Source: Bilabrum cf. latius (lineage: Eukaryota). From it: 64,000 nucleotides of DNA. The position numbers and the translations under genes are program-made. Under the pieces are notes generated by a model, which was not told the DNA's origin, searched no databases, and saw nothing but the letters and a program-made list of their open reading frames with translations. The stretch lies in contig OZ237754.1 in NCBI GenBank assembly GCA_965178125.1, positions 248,001-312,000 of the forward strand, written 5' to 3'. Each line of letters starts with the position of its first letter. Within the stretch, counting starts at the first letter, position 1. Positions 24,211 through 37,700 of the stretch are shown here, in pieces.

Positions 24211-27200
24211 ATGCAGATTTTAGCAACGCATGCCATGTTGCGAGAAGGAGATGCAAATGCTCATACCGATCCTCTTGAACATTGTCAACCCCTTCTATCG
24301 TCTCACGCGAATACTTTTGTATAGTTCAAACATAACCAGGTAGTTACTACGGTATTTTGACAACGGATATAGGGGTGCTTGGATTTGTCTGAGTGTGTAA
24401 CCGCTGGTTGTGAGAATTCCTTGCGGTTAACCTTGGCGCCAATGAGGGTTGATTTAGCTGGAAACAGTGTCCATCAATCTCTAGACAGATTTCGTGGATG
24501 GCGTGGTCATCTTCCAGTGCTCGCGTACCTTGATGTACGAGGCACCAAATTCAGCCTGGCGCATCTGCAGGCACTATCGCAGCACATTGTGTTGGATCTC
24601 CGCATCAGTATGACGCCTTGCGTCCAGCTGTTGCTGCAAAACACATATCATGATATGGACCCTGTGTTGGAAATTGATGCATAGGCTCTTGCAATCATTT
24701 TTGTCATGCCCCGTGTCATGGCGATCAACGGACAACTCGTGCCCAACGAAGCGCGCCAATCCGCCAAGAAGGCCTTCCTAAGCCGGGAAAACCGCACAGT
24801 CGCACGCATATCATCTGCACTGGGCCTTTATGGCGCTTCATTCGCTGGCAAGTCGCAAGCTCCCCAGCCAAGCTTTGGGGTGGATGCCGACCAGTCGTGG
24901 CTCGATGCACATGAGGCGCCGACAGCGGGTGCGCTTACAGCAAGTGGGAGTTCGAGCGCAACTTTAAAAGGGGGTAGCACAAGTAAATCGGAGACACGGT
25001 CATTGGCGGGAGGGAACTGGCTGGAAGATGCCATGCGTGTCATGTTCACGAGCCAGCTTGTCCCACTGGCACAGGGCGGACCTGGTCTATCAGCGAGCCA
25101 CAACTAGAAGGCTCAGGCTAGCCAGGCCGAAAGGGCAGCTGTCTTATCAGTCTTGGGTTCATCAACGCGCCATGGTACTAGTACCATGGATGACATCACA
25201 GATTGCAAGTCTTCCATCATGTATCTCGCGTCGCACTGCAGCGCGCTGACAGATTGCCTCGTGCGTGAGCGACAGGTTTTGCGTGGGATGCAAGCAGACA
25301 TCACCAGAAAATCCGGTGCCTGCCCATGGTTTACCCATTGGAACGAAGAGTAGCGCACGCTAGCCGAGCGCCGTACATCTTCCCCGGAATCCACTAGGGC
25401 AGGGGCATCCGTATTCCCTGGGTCCTTCTCTTGCTATCCGCTTGCTACCTCCGCGCTCTTGCACTAGGCCGCCCCATCCATGCACCAGTTCATGCCAGTG
25501 ATGATGCCCCCCACCGGCGCCTTCACTCTGCAAGCATCAGCACAGGCTACTGTCATGGGCACGCCGAAGGGGGGTTAGTTTAGCACTCGCGACCAGCGAA
25601 AGAGGATGGGTGAGGGTGTGCTGTCGTGCGCGCCGCTGCTGCAGTACCTCTGGCTGGCTAGCCATGCAACCGTGCTGGACCTGCTATGTACGCTCGAATC
25701 GTGTTCATTCGTGTATGATGATCCTGCTCCAGTAAGAGCAGCCCTCTGGCTCCTGTCAGAGCGCGCGCAAGTCACCGAGGCAGTGAGGCTGCGTCCAGCA
25801 GGCAGCTGGAAACATTCGGCTCGCGAGGCAGACGAGGACCCAAGGGCGTGCGATTCTGTCGGATTGACTATGACAGCAGCACTAGCGGTGGAAGGTACGC
25901 GTAGCAGGACCAAAGCCAACATTCCGGCCCGGGACGACCGCGAGGTGCTTCGTCGTAGGCTAGTACTGTGCTACAAGTGGATTGCTGGGCTCCCTATGCC
26001 TGCAATCTAGGGATTTTGCAGACTGCTCCGATTTATCTGCGTCGACCTGCCGTGCCAAGATACATCATTGGATGGAACAGGGCCCGCCGCTTGGTTCCTT
26101 CGCGCATGCAAGATGAAGCATCCGTCAGAGTGGCGCCCGAGCAAGGACAACGAGGCCAGCTTGGCGGATGCGATGCTGCTAGCTGCATCGAGCTGCATTC
26201 ACTTGGAGCAGGTATTCAACGATTCAATCTGGAGCTTCCCTACAGATATGTAGCGCACTAGAAATGAAGCTATTACCAATCTGCTTGTATTTGCTCAGGG
26301 TGGTAGGTCTACAATGCATGCCTGCGCTGGATTTCAAGCAGTGCGGCCAAAGCAAAGCCGTTCGGAGGGGATTGCTGGCAATGCAGGGTGCGAGGCCTTT
26401 GTCCAAGCAGCTGGCAGGATCTCATGGGGCTCAACTCGTGCAAGGGCGGATTGCTCTGCGCGGTGGTTGAGAGAGCGAGGCCTCCTCAGCATGGAGTGGG
26501 ACAGGCACTCACTCCTTGGGACCTTGATGCACTTCCTGCGTGCGGCTGGGCCTGATCAATCTCTGCTGGTACCTGTTTCGAGGCCAAATGCGTCGAGAGA
26601 CGCTGTTTCATAGGAGCCTACTCGACTTGGCCTAGACAAAAGCAGCGTGTCAAAGCGAGATGACCAAAGTAGAGGAGCTGTGTTTGCAATAAAGCATATG
26701 TGCTTGAGAGATGTGCTGCTTGCTTACCTTAATATGCGGCCAAGTCTGCACATGAATCACATCAAGCGGGCTGCTGGCGTTGTTATTGCTGGATCAAAGG
26801 TGGCATAGCCACCGAAAGCCGTTGCTAGACGGCCGCTCGCGCTTGTGCAGCCGGATGATGTTGTCTTGCTGCGTGCGGTGGAGTTGCGTCCAGTATCGAT
26901 GAAATCAATTAGAATTCACACATCGGATGTAGCAGCAGTGGGTTGCGAAGTTGAGACGTTTGGGAGATATCTTGCAGTGCGGGTGCAGTCCGTATCCGGT
27001 GGCCCTGATCACGCGGTGGCACTGGAGCACGAAGCATCCCTCGTCCGCTTCACCAAGTCCGGATTGGTTGAGTTCGAGCCGCTCCAAGAAAATCAACATC
27101 GGTGGTACAATCGGCCACCATTCTTTGGTAGCCGTCTCATTACTGCGTCATCATTGAAGCAACCCGGCGAGCCGCGAGTGCCAAGTGTACCGCTGGTTTG

Positions 27201-28758
27201 GTCCCACATATCTGTGCAGCGACCTGCAGACACTTCGGAATGCCTTGCAGTTGTATGGGAAGCAGGACAACGAATGCTACACGAAGTTGGTGGAAGACAT
27301 CAGTCGTTGTCTCCACCGCTTGTGATTGCTGCCTCTATCCATGGGGCTGGGAGTCCTGCTGCCGACGACCTTGTCGTGTTCGCAGATCCAGCTGATATCG
27401 ACAAGTACCCGCAGTTGTAGCAGTGGTTGGACTCTCTTAAATAGACCTCATCGTTTCCACGGAGGTCAGCAATACTACAACGGCACCAGGAACGCTTGCC
27501 AACTTCAAGCGATCATTCAAACGGAGGATTGCGCAGAGCCCAAGCTGGCTCTGCCAAGTCCGCTTCGCAGCCGCAAAATCACAGCAGCCGCGGCACGCAA
27601 CGACTGCCGGCAATCACAGAAGACGGTGAGGCGGACAAACAAGCGCGGCTCCTTGGCGGTTCCTAGCAAATCCCAGCAGTCGGCAGGAGCGCTAATGACG
27701 CTCGTAGAAGTAGCGGCTACCGGAGCAACTCCTCTACGAGCGGGCGACGAACGGCCATTCCACAGCCATAGCAAGCTCAGATCACTAGTACGCCTACTTT
27801 TGAGGAAATTTCGCCTGAAATGCCCGCTGCTGACATTCTGGGAGCTTTGTTCAGTGATCAAGATGGCGCGAGCAACGAGGGATCCCCTGGATGTGCCCCG
27901 ACAACAGCTTCACAGGCAAGGCGGGTGCAAGCACGCAGTTCCACGCAATATAGCGCGACAGGCAACAGCACGCATGGGCTTGGCAGACAGAATCTATAGT
28001 AGCCCCGAGGCTGGCGCAGGTTCGGGCAGCTGCCTCGAAGCTCTCCCATCCGACCCTCGCGCAGGCGACGGAACATCGACAGGGATGCGCGTGGTATCGG
28101 GAAGCAAGGACAATTGGACGTCTCGGACGATAGCGTGAAATAGCTGGACCCGTTGACCCGAGCTCGTCTGTCGAGCAAGGCTCCTCCTGTCCGTGGAAAT
28201 CTCGTTCAGCTGAGATTGGCGCCCCCACCTCCTGCCGCTGGCGCATCTGTTGACACAAATGGTGGCTACCTCCACGAAGTGATAGAGCTGCCGTGCGTGA
28301 GGGGTCATTTTCCTTCGATGGTGCCATCATTTCCGACCAAAAAACCCGTGTCATCGGCTCAAGCGTACCCACCGCACCTGCGAGCCGAGCGAGCTCTTGA
28401 TGCTATCAGTCGGGTACCCACCAGCAGAGGCAGGGGCAAGCGCCCGCAGACTGCTGGATCTGGCCGTCTGCGGCAAGACCCTGCCACGCATGGCCCTAGA
28501 CTCATGTAGCCGTAGCACTACCACTCAAAGACAGGATCAGCCGTGCGGACCTGGCAGCGAGCTGCAAGTAGTGGTGCAGAGGCCACAGCCACTCTCGAGC
28601 AGACTGTAAAACGACGACAGCGACAGTGGCGCTGGCGCCCACAGCCCCCTGACAATGTTGGCAAGTTTCCGGACAGGCCGAGCACGGCTGCATCTGTTCG
28701 CACACGTGGTGTGCTAGTAGGAGCACTTCGCTCTGGCCATCCTGGGCCTTGGGGCTGA
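24211..28758 (+). CDS. Uncharacterised ~1450-1500 aa protein with N-terminal LRR-like/LRRcap-like segment (5' end uncertain)
   Basis: One frame is open from 24361 to TGA 28756-28758, interrupted only by ~18 TAGs. LDLSEC...VDLAGN...LAYLDVRGT followed by MAINGQLVPNEARQSAKKAF. Linking to ATG 24211 needs a possible short intron 24340..24372 to skip TGA 24358. Confidence 0.6.
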
Positions 28759-28834
28759 TTGAAATTATAATAGCGTTTCGAAAGATAGCATGAACGTTCG
28801 CTTCACTGGACGCACTCGAAAGATCTACCAATCA

Positions 28835-31480
28835 TCACGGGTGGCCATCGTCAGTCTTTGAAGCAAACACCGACCCGTCCCCTTCCCCGGCTTCCACAAC
28901 GCCGATGTGCACCACCCGGTCACCCGACTGGCACACCGGGTTATCTGCCTTCCCCACGCAAACCCCGTCGCATGGCGCAACATATCGATCGACCAGAACT
29001 CCGAACAGGTCCCTGATCTCCGCGATTACCTCTCCTTTCCGCACCCAGCCGCTTACGGCCGGTTTCACGGACAGAATGCCGCCAGTGCGCGTGAAGATCC
29101 AGAAGGAGCGCGAGCACGGGATGGGCCTGCGTGTGCTCGGCCGCTATGGCAGCCTCACCATGCCAAGGTGGGACAGCAAGTTGACGACACCCTGCCTCGC
29201 CAGCTCCACAAAGGAAGCATGGAACCTCTGTGGGTTACCGATCTCAACCGTCACGGACGCGATTCCCAGGGCTGAGGCGGCCCCACGCAAGGTACCGTCT
29301 CCACCACGGCTGTGCACGATGATCTGGGGGTTCTGCAGCAGGGCCATGCGGCGTGATACAGGGTCCCGCATGTCAGCACGGACGTAGAGAGAGTTCACCC
29401 TCCCAAACGAGGCAGTGTGCAGGTCCAGAAGGTAGTTAGGGACCGGGCCACCGTCCCTTCGCGCACCAAGGATGCGCCTGCAGAAATGATGCGCGAACTG
29501 CTGCGCGGCGGTACCATCTTTCCTGCCTGGAAACACGCGGTTCAGATCAGTGCCGTCGCTGTAGCCGCGCTGGTGACGAACGTACCCGAGCGGGTTCGCC
29601 ACAGGCACAGCCACGATCGTGCCTGCCAGCTGGGTCGGCTCAAGCCTCGCAAACAACCGGTGGATCACTGCGATACCGTTGACTTCGTTCCCGTGGAGTG
29701 CGCTCGTGATCATCACCACAGGACCGTCGGATGCCCCGCGGGCCACCATCACGGGCACGGCGATAGGCTGCTGCAGCGGATCAGATCCCATCGCAACAAA
29801 CATGCCAGAAACCCTGCCCACGGGCAGCGACGCCACGTCGAGCCGCTGCACGGTTCCAACTGGCTGCAAGGGCGCCTGTCGCATGCCAGTGGTAACCGCG
29901 CTGCGAGCCGGGAAAGATCGAATCAGAGCTTCGCACTCGTCTGCGAGCTCGTGCAGTCCTTGCTTGTCGCCGAGGGAACTAGTCTTCGCGGCCCGCTCCA
30001 GCTCAGGCTTAGTTCGCGATAGACCGTCTGGATTTGTGTCTCGCAGCATGGGATCCTCGTGTGCTCCAGCCGAGGCCGATGCCGACTTGTTGGACACGGA
30101 ACTCGCAGACCGCCCGAGAGCTGCCCCCTTACTGCCCGGGGATGAGTGCTTCCCATGCTCGGAATGGCCCTCCAGCTGCTTCAGGCGCAGGATCTTCTTG
30201 TCGAATTTCTTGCCTATCTTGAACGCCGCCGTGAGGTTGAGCTCCATGAACGCGCGAAGATCTTCCAGCTAGTCTGATAGCGCGAGCAGCCGAGTCTGCA
30301 CGGCGCGGGGGCTCTTTCTGTCCTGGTCCAGTGCGTCCTCCTCGTCCTCGTCCTCGTCATTGTCATCGTCGGCATCGCCTTCAGCGTTCTAGCCATCATT
30401 ATCACCTCCCGCACCTGTGGCCGCGCCGACAGAATCCTTTCTGGCTTTCTTTTGGGGCGATTCACCGGCCGCCCCCGTCGATGGAGGTGGCATGCCTCCA
30501 GCCCCTCGCGCCCTCTTGGATCCAGCCCCTAGCCCATGCCCAGATGCTGCAGCAGGGGGGGACCCCGGAGTGTCGGAAGCAGAACGATCGGACATTGGGG
30601 TATCCGCTCCCAGAGCGGTGGCCAGGGCCGCAGCACGCTTGGCAGCAGCCGCCGAATTCCCGCCCACCGCAAGGACCTCGGTCAGGTCCACAGCCAGGGG
30701 CACGCTTGCTGTAGGCATGCTCGTGCTCCCAGGCAGCACCCTGGAACCCCCTTCCATCTAGGTGACTCCTGGCATGACGCGCCCCTTAGCGTCCAGCGGT
30801 TGCAGGGGCACAGACGAGGCCAGCACCACGCCTGTCGAGTTCGATGGCATCGACGATGCACCGGTGGATGCCGCGCCGGACGAGGATGACGAGGACTACG
30901 TCATTGTCGCCGCCGCAGGCATGTGCTGCATTGTGACACTACCGCTCCCTTCCATCTTTATTTGGGCCATTCGTCCGCCGCGAGGACGCAGTCCGGTGCC
31001 ACCGAGGGGGTCTGGGCGAGCAGGTGAGCGCAGAAATGCCGATGATTGCAACGCGATAGCACCATTCAATCCGGGGGGAGGCAGCACATGGTCGACACCG
31101 TTCTCTTCAAGAACTTCTGCGGCATCACGCGAAGCTTCTTCTAGCTTGCTCCTGTACATGCGCAGCCTGGATGTGACGTGCTTTGCAGCCTTGCGTATCT
31201 CGATCAAGCCTCGCTTCAGAAACGCTTTCCTGCTTTCTTCCACGCTCATTTCAGCAAGTCCAGGAAACTGCTTCGATGAATCAACATGCTACAAGTCTTC
31301 TGGCCCATCACTGTCCACATCATCACCACGGGCGGCGGACGACACTGGCTACGGCGGATCATCAGCAACAGTGTGCTTCTTCCCGGCAGCGTGGATGAAC
31401 TGCTTCAGCTCCTTGTAATTTATGTAGTACTTGTTCCACTGAGGCTTGGCGAGCAGCCTTAACTTCTTCCCGAACTTCAT
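28835..31480 (-). CDS. SPX domain fused to succinylglutamate desuccinylase/aspartoacylase (AstE/AspA, M14-type Zn hydrolase); 881 aa with TAG=Gln
   Basis: Starts MKFGKKLRLLAKPQWNKYYINYKELKQFI (SPX N-terminus). SPX C-terminal helix MELNLTAAFKIGKKFDKK. Then LHGNE, DLNRVFPG, LLDLHT, TVEIG and a C-terminal hybrid/barrel motif. One frame with 7 TAGs (31349, 31289, 30896, 30758, 30389, 30269, 29144). Ends at TGA 28835-28837. Confidence 0.88.
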
Positions 31481-31761
31481 TCTGGCGCAACTGTGAAGTG
31501 TTCCGCCAGTGATTGCACTTCAGATCTTCTGTCAGCGAACCTTAGGTTCGCAGAGCGAACCTTCTATATGTGCTAATAATACAGAGATACACTGTACAAC
31601 AAGAACGGCTGCGTGCGGGGAATCGGAGGTTTATCCTGACGGAGCTACGACCTGAAATAGATGTTGCACCCAACTTGAATCAACTGACTCTATCTCAGCT
31701 GAGCTAGTTGCATCAAAGAAAGGACAAAAGAGGTCTTCATCCCCGGATAGGGAGCGACGTC

Positions 31762-34700
31762 ATGTTTCCAGCCATCTCAATTGTTTCATTAGCGATGTGG
31801 GCTAGCCTTATTTACCAAGGATCCTCATGCGTCACGTCTGACCTGCGCTCTGTCGCGTGTTGTGGCAGCGCTGCTTCGTTGGAAGCCGACACGAGCGATA
31901 CCCCGACGTTATGCGGAGGCGGACGATGCATTTCCGGGACAGTTGTGGGTCAAGTTGCAGTATTCACTGTTGATTTCTTCGTAGTTGGATCTCCATCTTC
32001 GATTTCACTGGACGGAGAGCGTCCGCTTCGCATTGTTGCCCGCTACGGGATCACAGTTGACGGAGGGACGTGGCTTGCCTCGCCGAAAGCAACCACCATT
32101 CGCGTCGACTCTGTAGGCGACGATAGCAGTCAGATCGAAACAAGAGGTGATAAATGTGCGAAAAAGGTGTATGGGGTTGCCCAGAAGGCTCGACTTGGGG
32201 GTTTCGATGGGGGCCAAGCAGCGTTTTACAAAGATCAAGTCACAATGTTTCTAGGAGAAAGCGGCGACTACGATGAGGTGCACGCTGCTGGGGCACCCGC
32301 ATCGATTTCAGCCTCAAAAATGGCCCCACACTTTACGGTTGGAACGGGATCGAGGATAAACGATGAGCGCGGCTTCAAGCCGGGCGGGGCAGGCGGGTCC
32401 CACTACGGTGTTGGAGGGAGGGGCCCGGACCAGGCTACGACAGCCGGGGCGAAATACCATCAGTCTGCCGGGGGAACCTTGTACGGAGGTGGTGGCGGAG
32501 GTGGTGGGGCGGGAGGCACCGCAGTTCGCAGGGAAGTTAATCTCGTAGTGGTTAGGCTCAAGTATTGGGAGCATCGCGGCAATGACAACGAGAAGTTCTG
32601 CACTCCCTCGCATGGGGGTGGCGGGGGAGGCGCGATCGAGCTCGAGGCCCTGTCAGGAGATCTTGTCCTAGGGAACACGTCGATTGTGACGGACGGTGCC
32701 AGCACATCATTGCCCGGCCTGGGTGGTGGTGGTGCCGGCGGCATGATCCGGCTCAAGGCCAAGGGCGGCAGCAAGATCATCGTCAGCAAGGCGACCGTGC
32801 TGCAGGCAAGGGGGGGCATCGACGAATCCACGCACTCGTCGGGCAACTGGGCATCTCAGTACACAGGTCACTACGGTGCAGGTGGTGGAGGCGTGGTGGA
32901 GTTTGGGAGAGGCAGCGGGACTGGCAGTGTGTCGGTCGTGTACGACAGCAGCAGCGTGGACGTCAGGAGCGGGCTGCACAAGTGCGGCGGAACGTGCAAC
33001 TGTGGCACTTCATGCACAGCGCAGAATGGAGGCGTGCTGTACGATGGTGCCGCTAGGTCTACCTCGGTGACAGCACCGAGCAATGCTAACGGTGCCGACT
33101 ACGACGTCAGTGTGGCTTGCCTGAACGGGCGAACGGAGCTCGTCACGTCTGGTCCGTTCAACGGTGCAGGCGGGCAGTCAATTACAATTCGGCGCACTGA
33201 GCTGCTGAGGGGAACTACGTATATAGACACGTCAGCCACCACCACCGTGACGATAGGCGGCAGGTCCTGCACCTCACCGTCATGGTCCAACACCGTGGGT
33301 GAGACCAACAAGCTCTTTCGCGCTGACGTGACGTGCACCATCCCGGCTGGTGTCGGTGCAGATCTAGACGTCGAGCTCAAGATCGGAGCGAGGACACTCA
33401 AGATCGACGATGCATTTGATTATAAGGCACCGGAGGCCACGTCCTGGTCTACCTCCCAGGGGCTGCAGCGGCGGTGGGCCAACGCCACCACCGGCAAGCT
33501 GGATGACGCCCTCCAGTACAAGGTCAGGGTCATTGGCAAGCACTTCGGCAGCTCCAGCAACTCCGCGCTGGTCACGGCCAAGATTGGGGGCAGGCCGTGC
33601 GTCAGCACTGCAGTCGTCAGCGACACTCAGCTCGACTGTGTGGTCCCGGACGGCATCGGGACTGGTCTTGCGGTGTCTGTCTCGATCGGAAGTCGCTCAG
33701 CCACGGTGTCTGGGTCACAGTTCGCCTACGCCAAACCAGAGGTGCACGCCGTGAGCCTGCCCTCGGGGCACAGCCCGTCCCAGGGAAAGGGGTGGAATGC
33801 GGCGGGTGGGCAGACGCTGACCGTGCTTGGCCTGAATTTCGGTTCGACCAAGTGGAGCGGAAGCAGCGCCGTGGCGGTGGGCGCAAGCGACATATCTGTG
33901 AGCGTGGGCGGGAGCGCCTGTACATCGATCGTGCGAAATAGCGACCGCAAGCTGGAGTGCTCGACCCCTGCAGGTGTGGGCGCGCTGGGCCACTTGTCGG
34001 TGACTGTGGGCGGGCAGACGTCGACCTCTGGCCGGGGTGGCAGCCTCGACTCGAGATAGCTCCTGAAGACCGTGGACAGTTCTGCGGATGAGAGCTGGCA
34101 CAACCTGGGCCTGGCATCGAGCAGCTGGGTGCAGGCAGGCGGCACGGCTTCCGTGTTCAACATCAGCGCGCCGGAGCTAACTCAAATTGCACGGGGTGCT
34201 TCCACCGTCAAGGCTGGCACTGCAACCGCGCTTTTGCTTCCAGCGAACGGGTAGAGCGTTGATGTCGATGTGTCTGGTACTGATTTTGGCACTGCCGGTT
34301 CGAAGCCGGTCGTGCGCTTCGGATCAGTCACGCTTCCAGCATCTGCGGTGTCGAGAGACTCCGACACGCAGCTGACCATCACGATCCCAGCGGGAGCTGG
34401 TTCCCCACGACAGCTGTGCGTTTTGTCTGGGTACGCAAGCCTCGCGCCTCTTGGCTGCGCGCCGTTGGGGTTCCGCTCTCCCGTTGTGTCCCAGGTGCAG
34501 ATATCCAGGGGCGGCGATACTGTCACAACGCTGGCGCAGGCAGGTGGGGATCTTCTCACAATAACGGGAGTTCACTTCGCCTCGAGTAGTTCTGTTGGCA
34601 GAGATGGAACTACTAGCACTGCTGGCCTCTCGGTCTCCATTGGCGGGAAGCAGTGCACCGCGTTCGTGAGGACCAGCGCGACAAGGGCAACTTGCACTGC

Positions 34701-37700
34701 ACCAGCTGGTGTTGGTAGCAACCTGCCAGTGTCTGTGACCGTTGGGGATCAGAGCAGCGGGTCCTCCTCGCTTTCCGTGTCATATGACTTGCCCGTGATA
34801 TCCGCGGTGTATCCGAGGTATGTGTTCGTCCCCCGGCTGACGAGTGACCCCCGAGCCGTGGACGTGACAGTTACGGGCAGCACGCTGGGCTACACCGGCA
34901 TGGACGCGAACGAATTCAACTTGACCATAGGAGGGAAAGAATGCGGTTCGCGGCTGGAGCTTGTGAACTCGTCTGCGGTCCGGTGCAACGATGTGCGGCT
35001 CGGCAGCCTCGATAGCACTGGGGATTCACACTACAGCCTGGGTCCAACCGAGGTTGACATCGATGCTGATGATTTCATCGTGTACGGCGATCCAGAGGTC
35101 ACTGTTTCGGGGGGGTCGCCTGCCCCCACGGACACGTCCACACAGTTGACGCTGACTGGCACCACTATTGGCCTGGTGTCCACCGATGTACTCTCAGTGC
35201 GGCTTTCGCTTGCAGAGTACGGCATTGACGTGCCATGTACCGGTGTTTAGATGTCAGAAGCTGGCTTCTTATCGGGCATGCCTGTGCGGCGAGTCAGGTG
35301 TTCGATCCCAGGCGGTGCCGGGACAGGCCTCATGGTGAACGTGACCACCAGAGGCGGTCGGTCCTCCAGGCCGAACAGTCTGTTCCAATTCTTGCCGCCT
35401 AAGATAACCTCGATGAGGCCGCAGGTGGCACCACAGGCAGGTGGGGACTTCTGGCTGTATGGTAGCAACTTGGGGTCAGCTAGTCTTGGAATCCAGCCTA
35501 CCGATGTTAGACTCGGTGGTAAGCAGTGCGCGACAACCTCGCTTGCGAATTCGTCCGCGTTCTTCTGCGGCGGGGTGAGCGCAACAAATGGGGACTACAC
35601 AACCACGTTGATATCGATGCGAGTCGCAAACCAGCGGGTGGAATCGAGTATCTTCACATATGCTGGGGCTGTGAGCATAGATGGCGTTTCTCCTTCTCGA
35701 GGAGACGTTGACGGAGGGTACAACGTGACCATTACCGGTAAAGACATGGGCACCTTGGACACCATCTCAAATATCACGATTGGCGGTCGGCCGTGCAGCA
35801 ACATAATCGTAGTGGTTCCCGAGAGCGAGATCAAGTGCATCGTCCCGCCTGGAGTTGGCAGTCAAGTATCATTAATCCTTACGACTAGCCAGGGCGTGAA
35901 GGCTGGCGGACAGGGCCTATTCCGATACCTGCCGCCGGAGTTTACCGGCATCGATCCAGATGTTGTACTGACGGGATAGCTTAGCCAAACCTTCTCGATT
36001 CGTGGCAGCAACCTTGCAACCGTATTGGACCTTCCCAGCACGCTCACGGTAGGCGGACGGGCCTGCGGATCGATCGCGGTGCTGAACTCTTCCTTCCTGT
36101 CGTGCCAAGACGTGTTCATCGGCACTGCCGTCACCTTAACTAATGGCACCGAGTCCGAGGAGGAATATACATGGACTTCGACTGATTTTATTCTATCGCA
36201 CGGAACTGACAGGCTGGAGCGCAAAGGTGCCATTCGTATCATTGGCCGACCAGTCATCCGAGGAATCACTCCCCCTACTTTGTCTACAGGAGGGAACGAG
36301 CGGGTCTCCATATCAGGCGAAAATTTTGGTGCCGTGCTAGAACACATTCGGTTGGTGAGGTTTCGGTGGGGTACGACCAACCAGCGCTGGCACCCCTGCA
36401 CGGACGTGCGACTGGACAGCGAAACACAGATAAGCTGTGTAGCACCGCCTGGTGCTGGTGCTGAGGTTATCGTGCAGGTGCAGCAAGCCGGTCTGCAGAG
36501 AAGGAGCAATCGCGCCGTGTTCAGCTACTAGCCGCCTGTTGTGTCAGCAGTCTCTCCGAGTCACGTGCTCACTGGTAACGCGTCATACACGTTCCGAATC
36601 GAAGGCGAGTCGCTTGCTGTAGTTGACTACGACAACGAACGCCGTGCTCCAGATACGCTGACTATCGGTGGGCTAGCTTGCCCAGATATTGAGGTGGTCT
36701 CGCACGAGCTGATACTGTGCCGAGGACTCACTGGACTGGATGGGTGGCTATCAAACGATATTGCGGTTGAGCTGGAAGCGCAGACATTTCTGAGCTAGTC
36801 GACGAACCTGTTTCGAGCCTACACGCACCCCAGGATCCTGGCAATCGCCCCGGCTGTTGGTGACACCGCTGGACGGACCCGCGTGAGCATCACTGGTGAA
36901 GAGCTCGGGTCTGGTCTTGATGACATTCAAAATGTGTTCATTGGCGACCGCCCCTGCCTGTCTCTCACGTTCGTTAGCGACCGACGTGTGGAATGCGATG
37001 CGCCACCAGGGGCCGGAGCGATGCTGCCGTTCATCTTTAGGAACCAGCTCGGCACGGCCACCCAAGAGCCCGTGCTGTTCAGCTACGACCGACCTAGTCT
37101 GACCGCAGTGAGCCCTAACCGGGTGTTTACAGGTCCCAGCAGCTATGATTTCGTGCTGTCTGGTCGCAATTTGGCGGCTCTAGCCGACTCCGGCTTTGGA
37201 TTTGACTCCATCGACCCCTCGGTGGTAAAGGTTGGAGGGAAGGCTTGCGACGGCGGAGTGCTAGTTGCAGACTCAACCTCGTTGACTTGCAGGGGCGTCA
37301 CTGCTGCTTCTTGGCCATCGAGTGCTGTTGAAGTGGAACTGGAAGGCCAATCTGGTGTGGCATTTGGGCTCATAGACGTTGTTCCCTTTCCTTCGGTTTC
37401 TGCCGTGTCACCATCCAGCGCATCAACGGCGGGGGGTATTGTGCTGCAGATGCAAGGCCTGGGCTTTGGCGGGTAGGAAGGCGATATTGTTGCTGTAAGC
37501 GTTGGAGGGAAGGATTGTTTAGACATTCAACTCGTGTCTGGGCAGCTACTTTAGTGTACCCTTCCAGCGGGCGCAGGGAGCTAGCTGGAAGTCACGGCAA
37601 CGAATGCGATCGGCGCGCGTTCGTCACCGGTACCCTTGTTCAGCTACACCCCACCAGTGATCGACCGTATCTCGCCAAGTTACTCGCTGACTGGACCACC

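Noticed and set aside
27326-28138. 270-aa + strand ORF, and many other long overlapping or antisense ORFs in the track
   Set aside because: Shadow ORFs of GC-rich coding DNA. The continuous TAG-only frame explains each region.
21710-34173. Terminal inverted repeats of a large transposon or endogenous virophage/Polinton
   Set aside because: The inverted tracts are internal coding parts of two paralogous genes, and the enclosed genes show no integrase, polymerase or capsid motifs.
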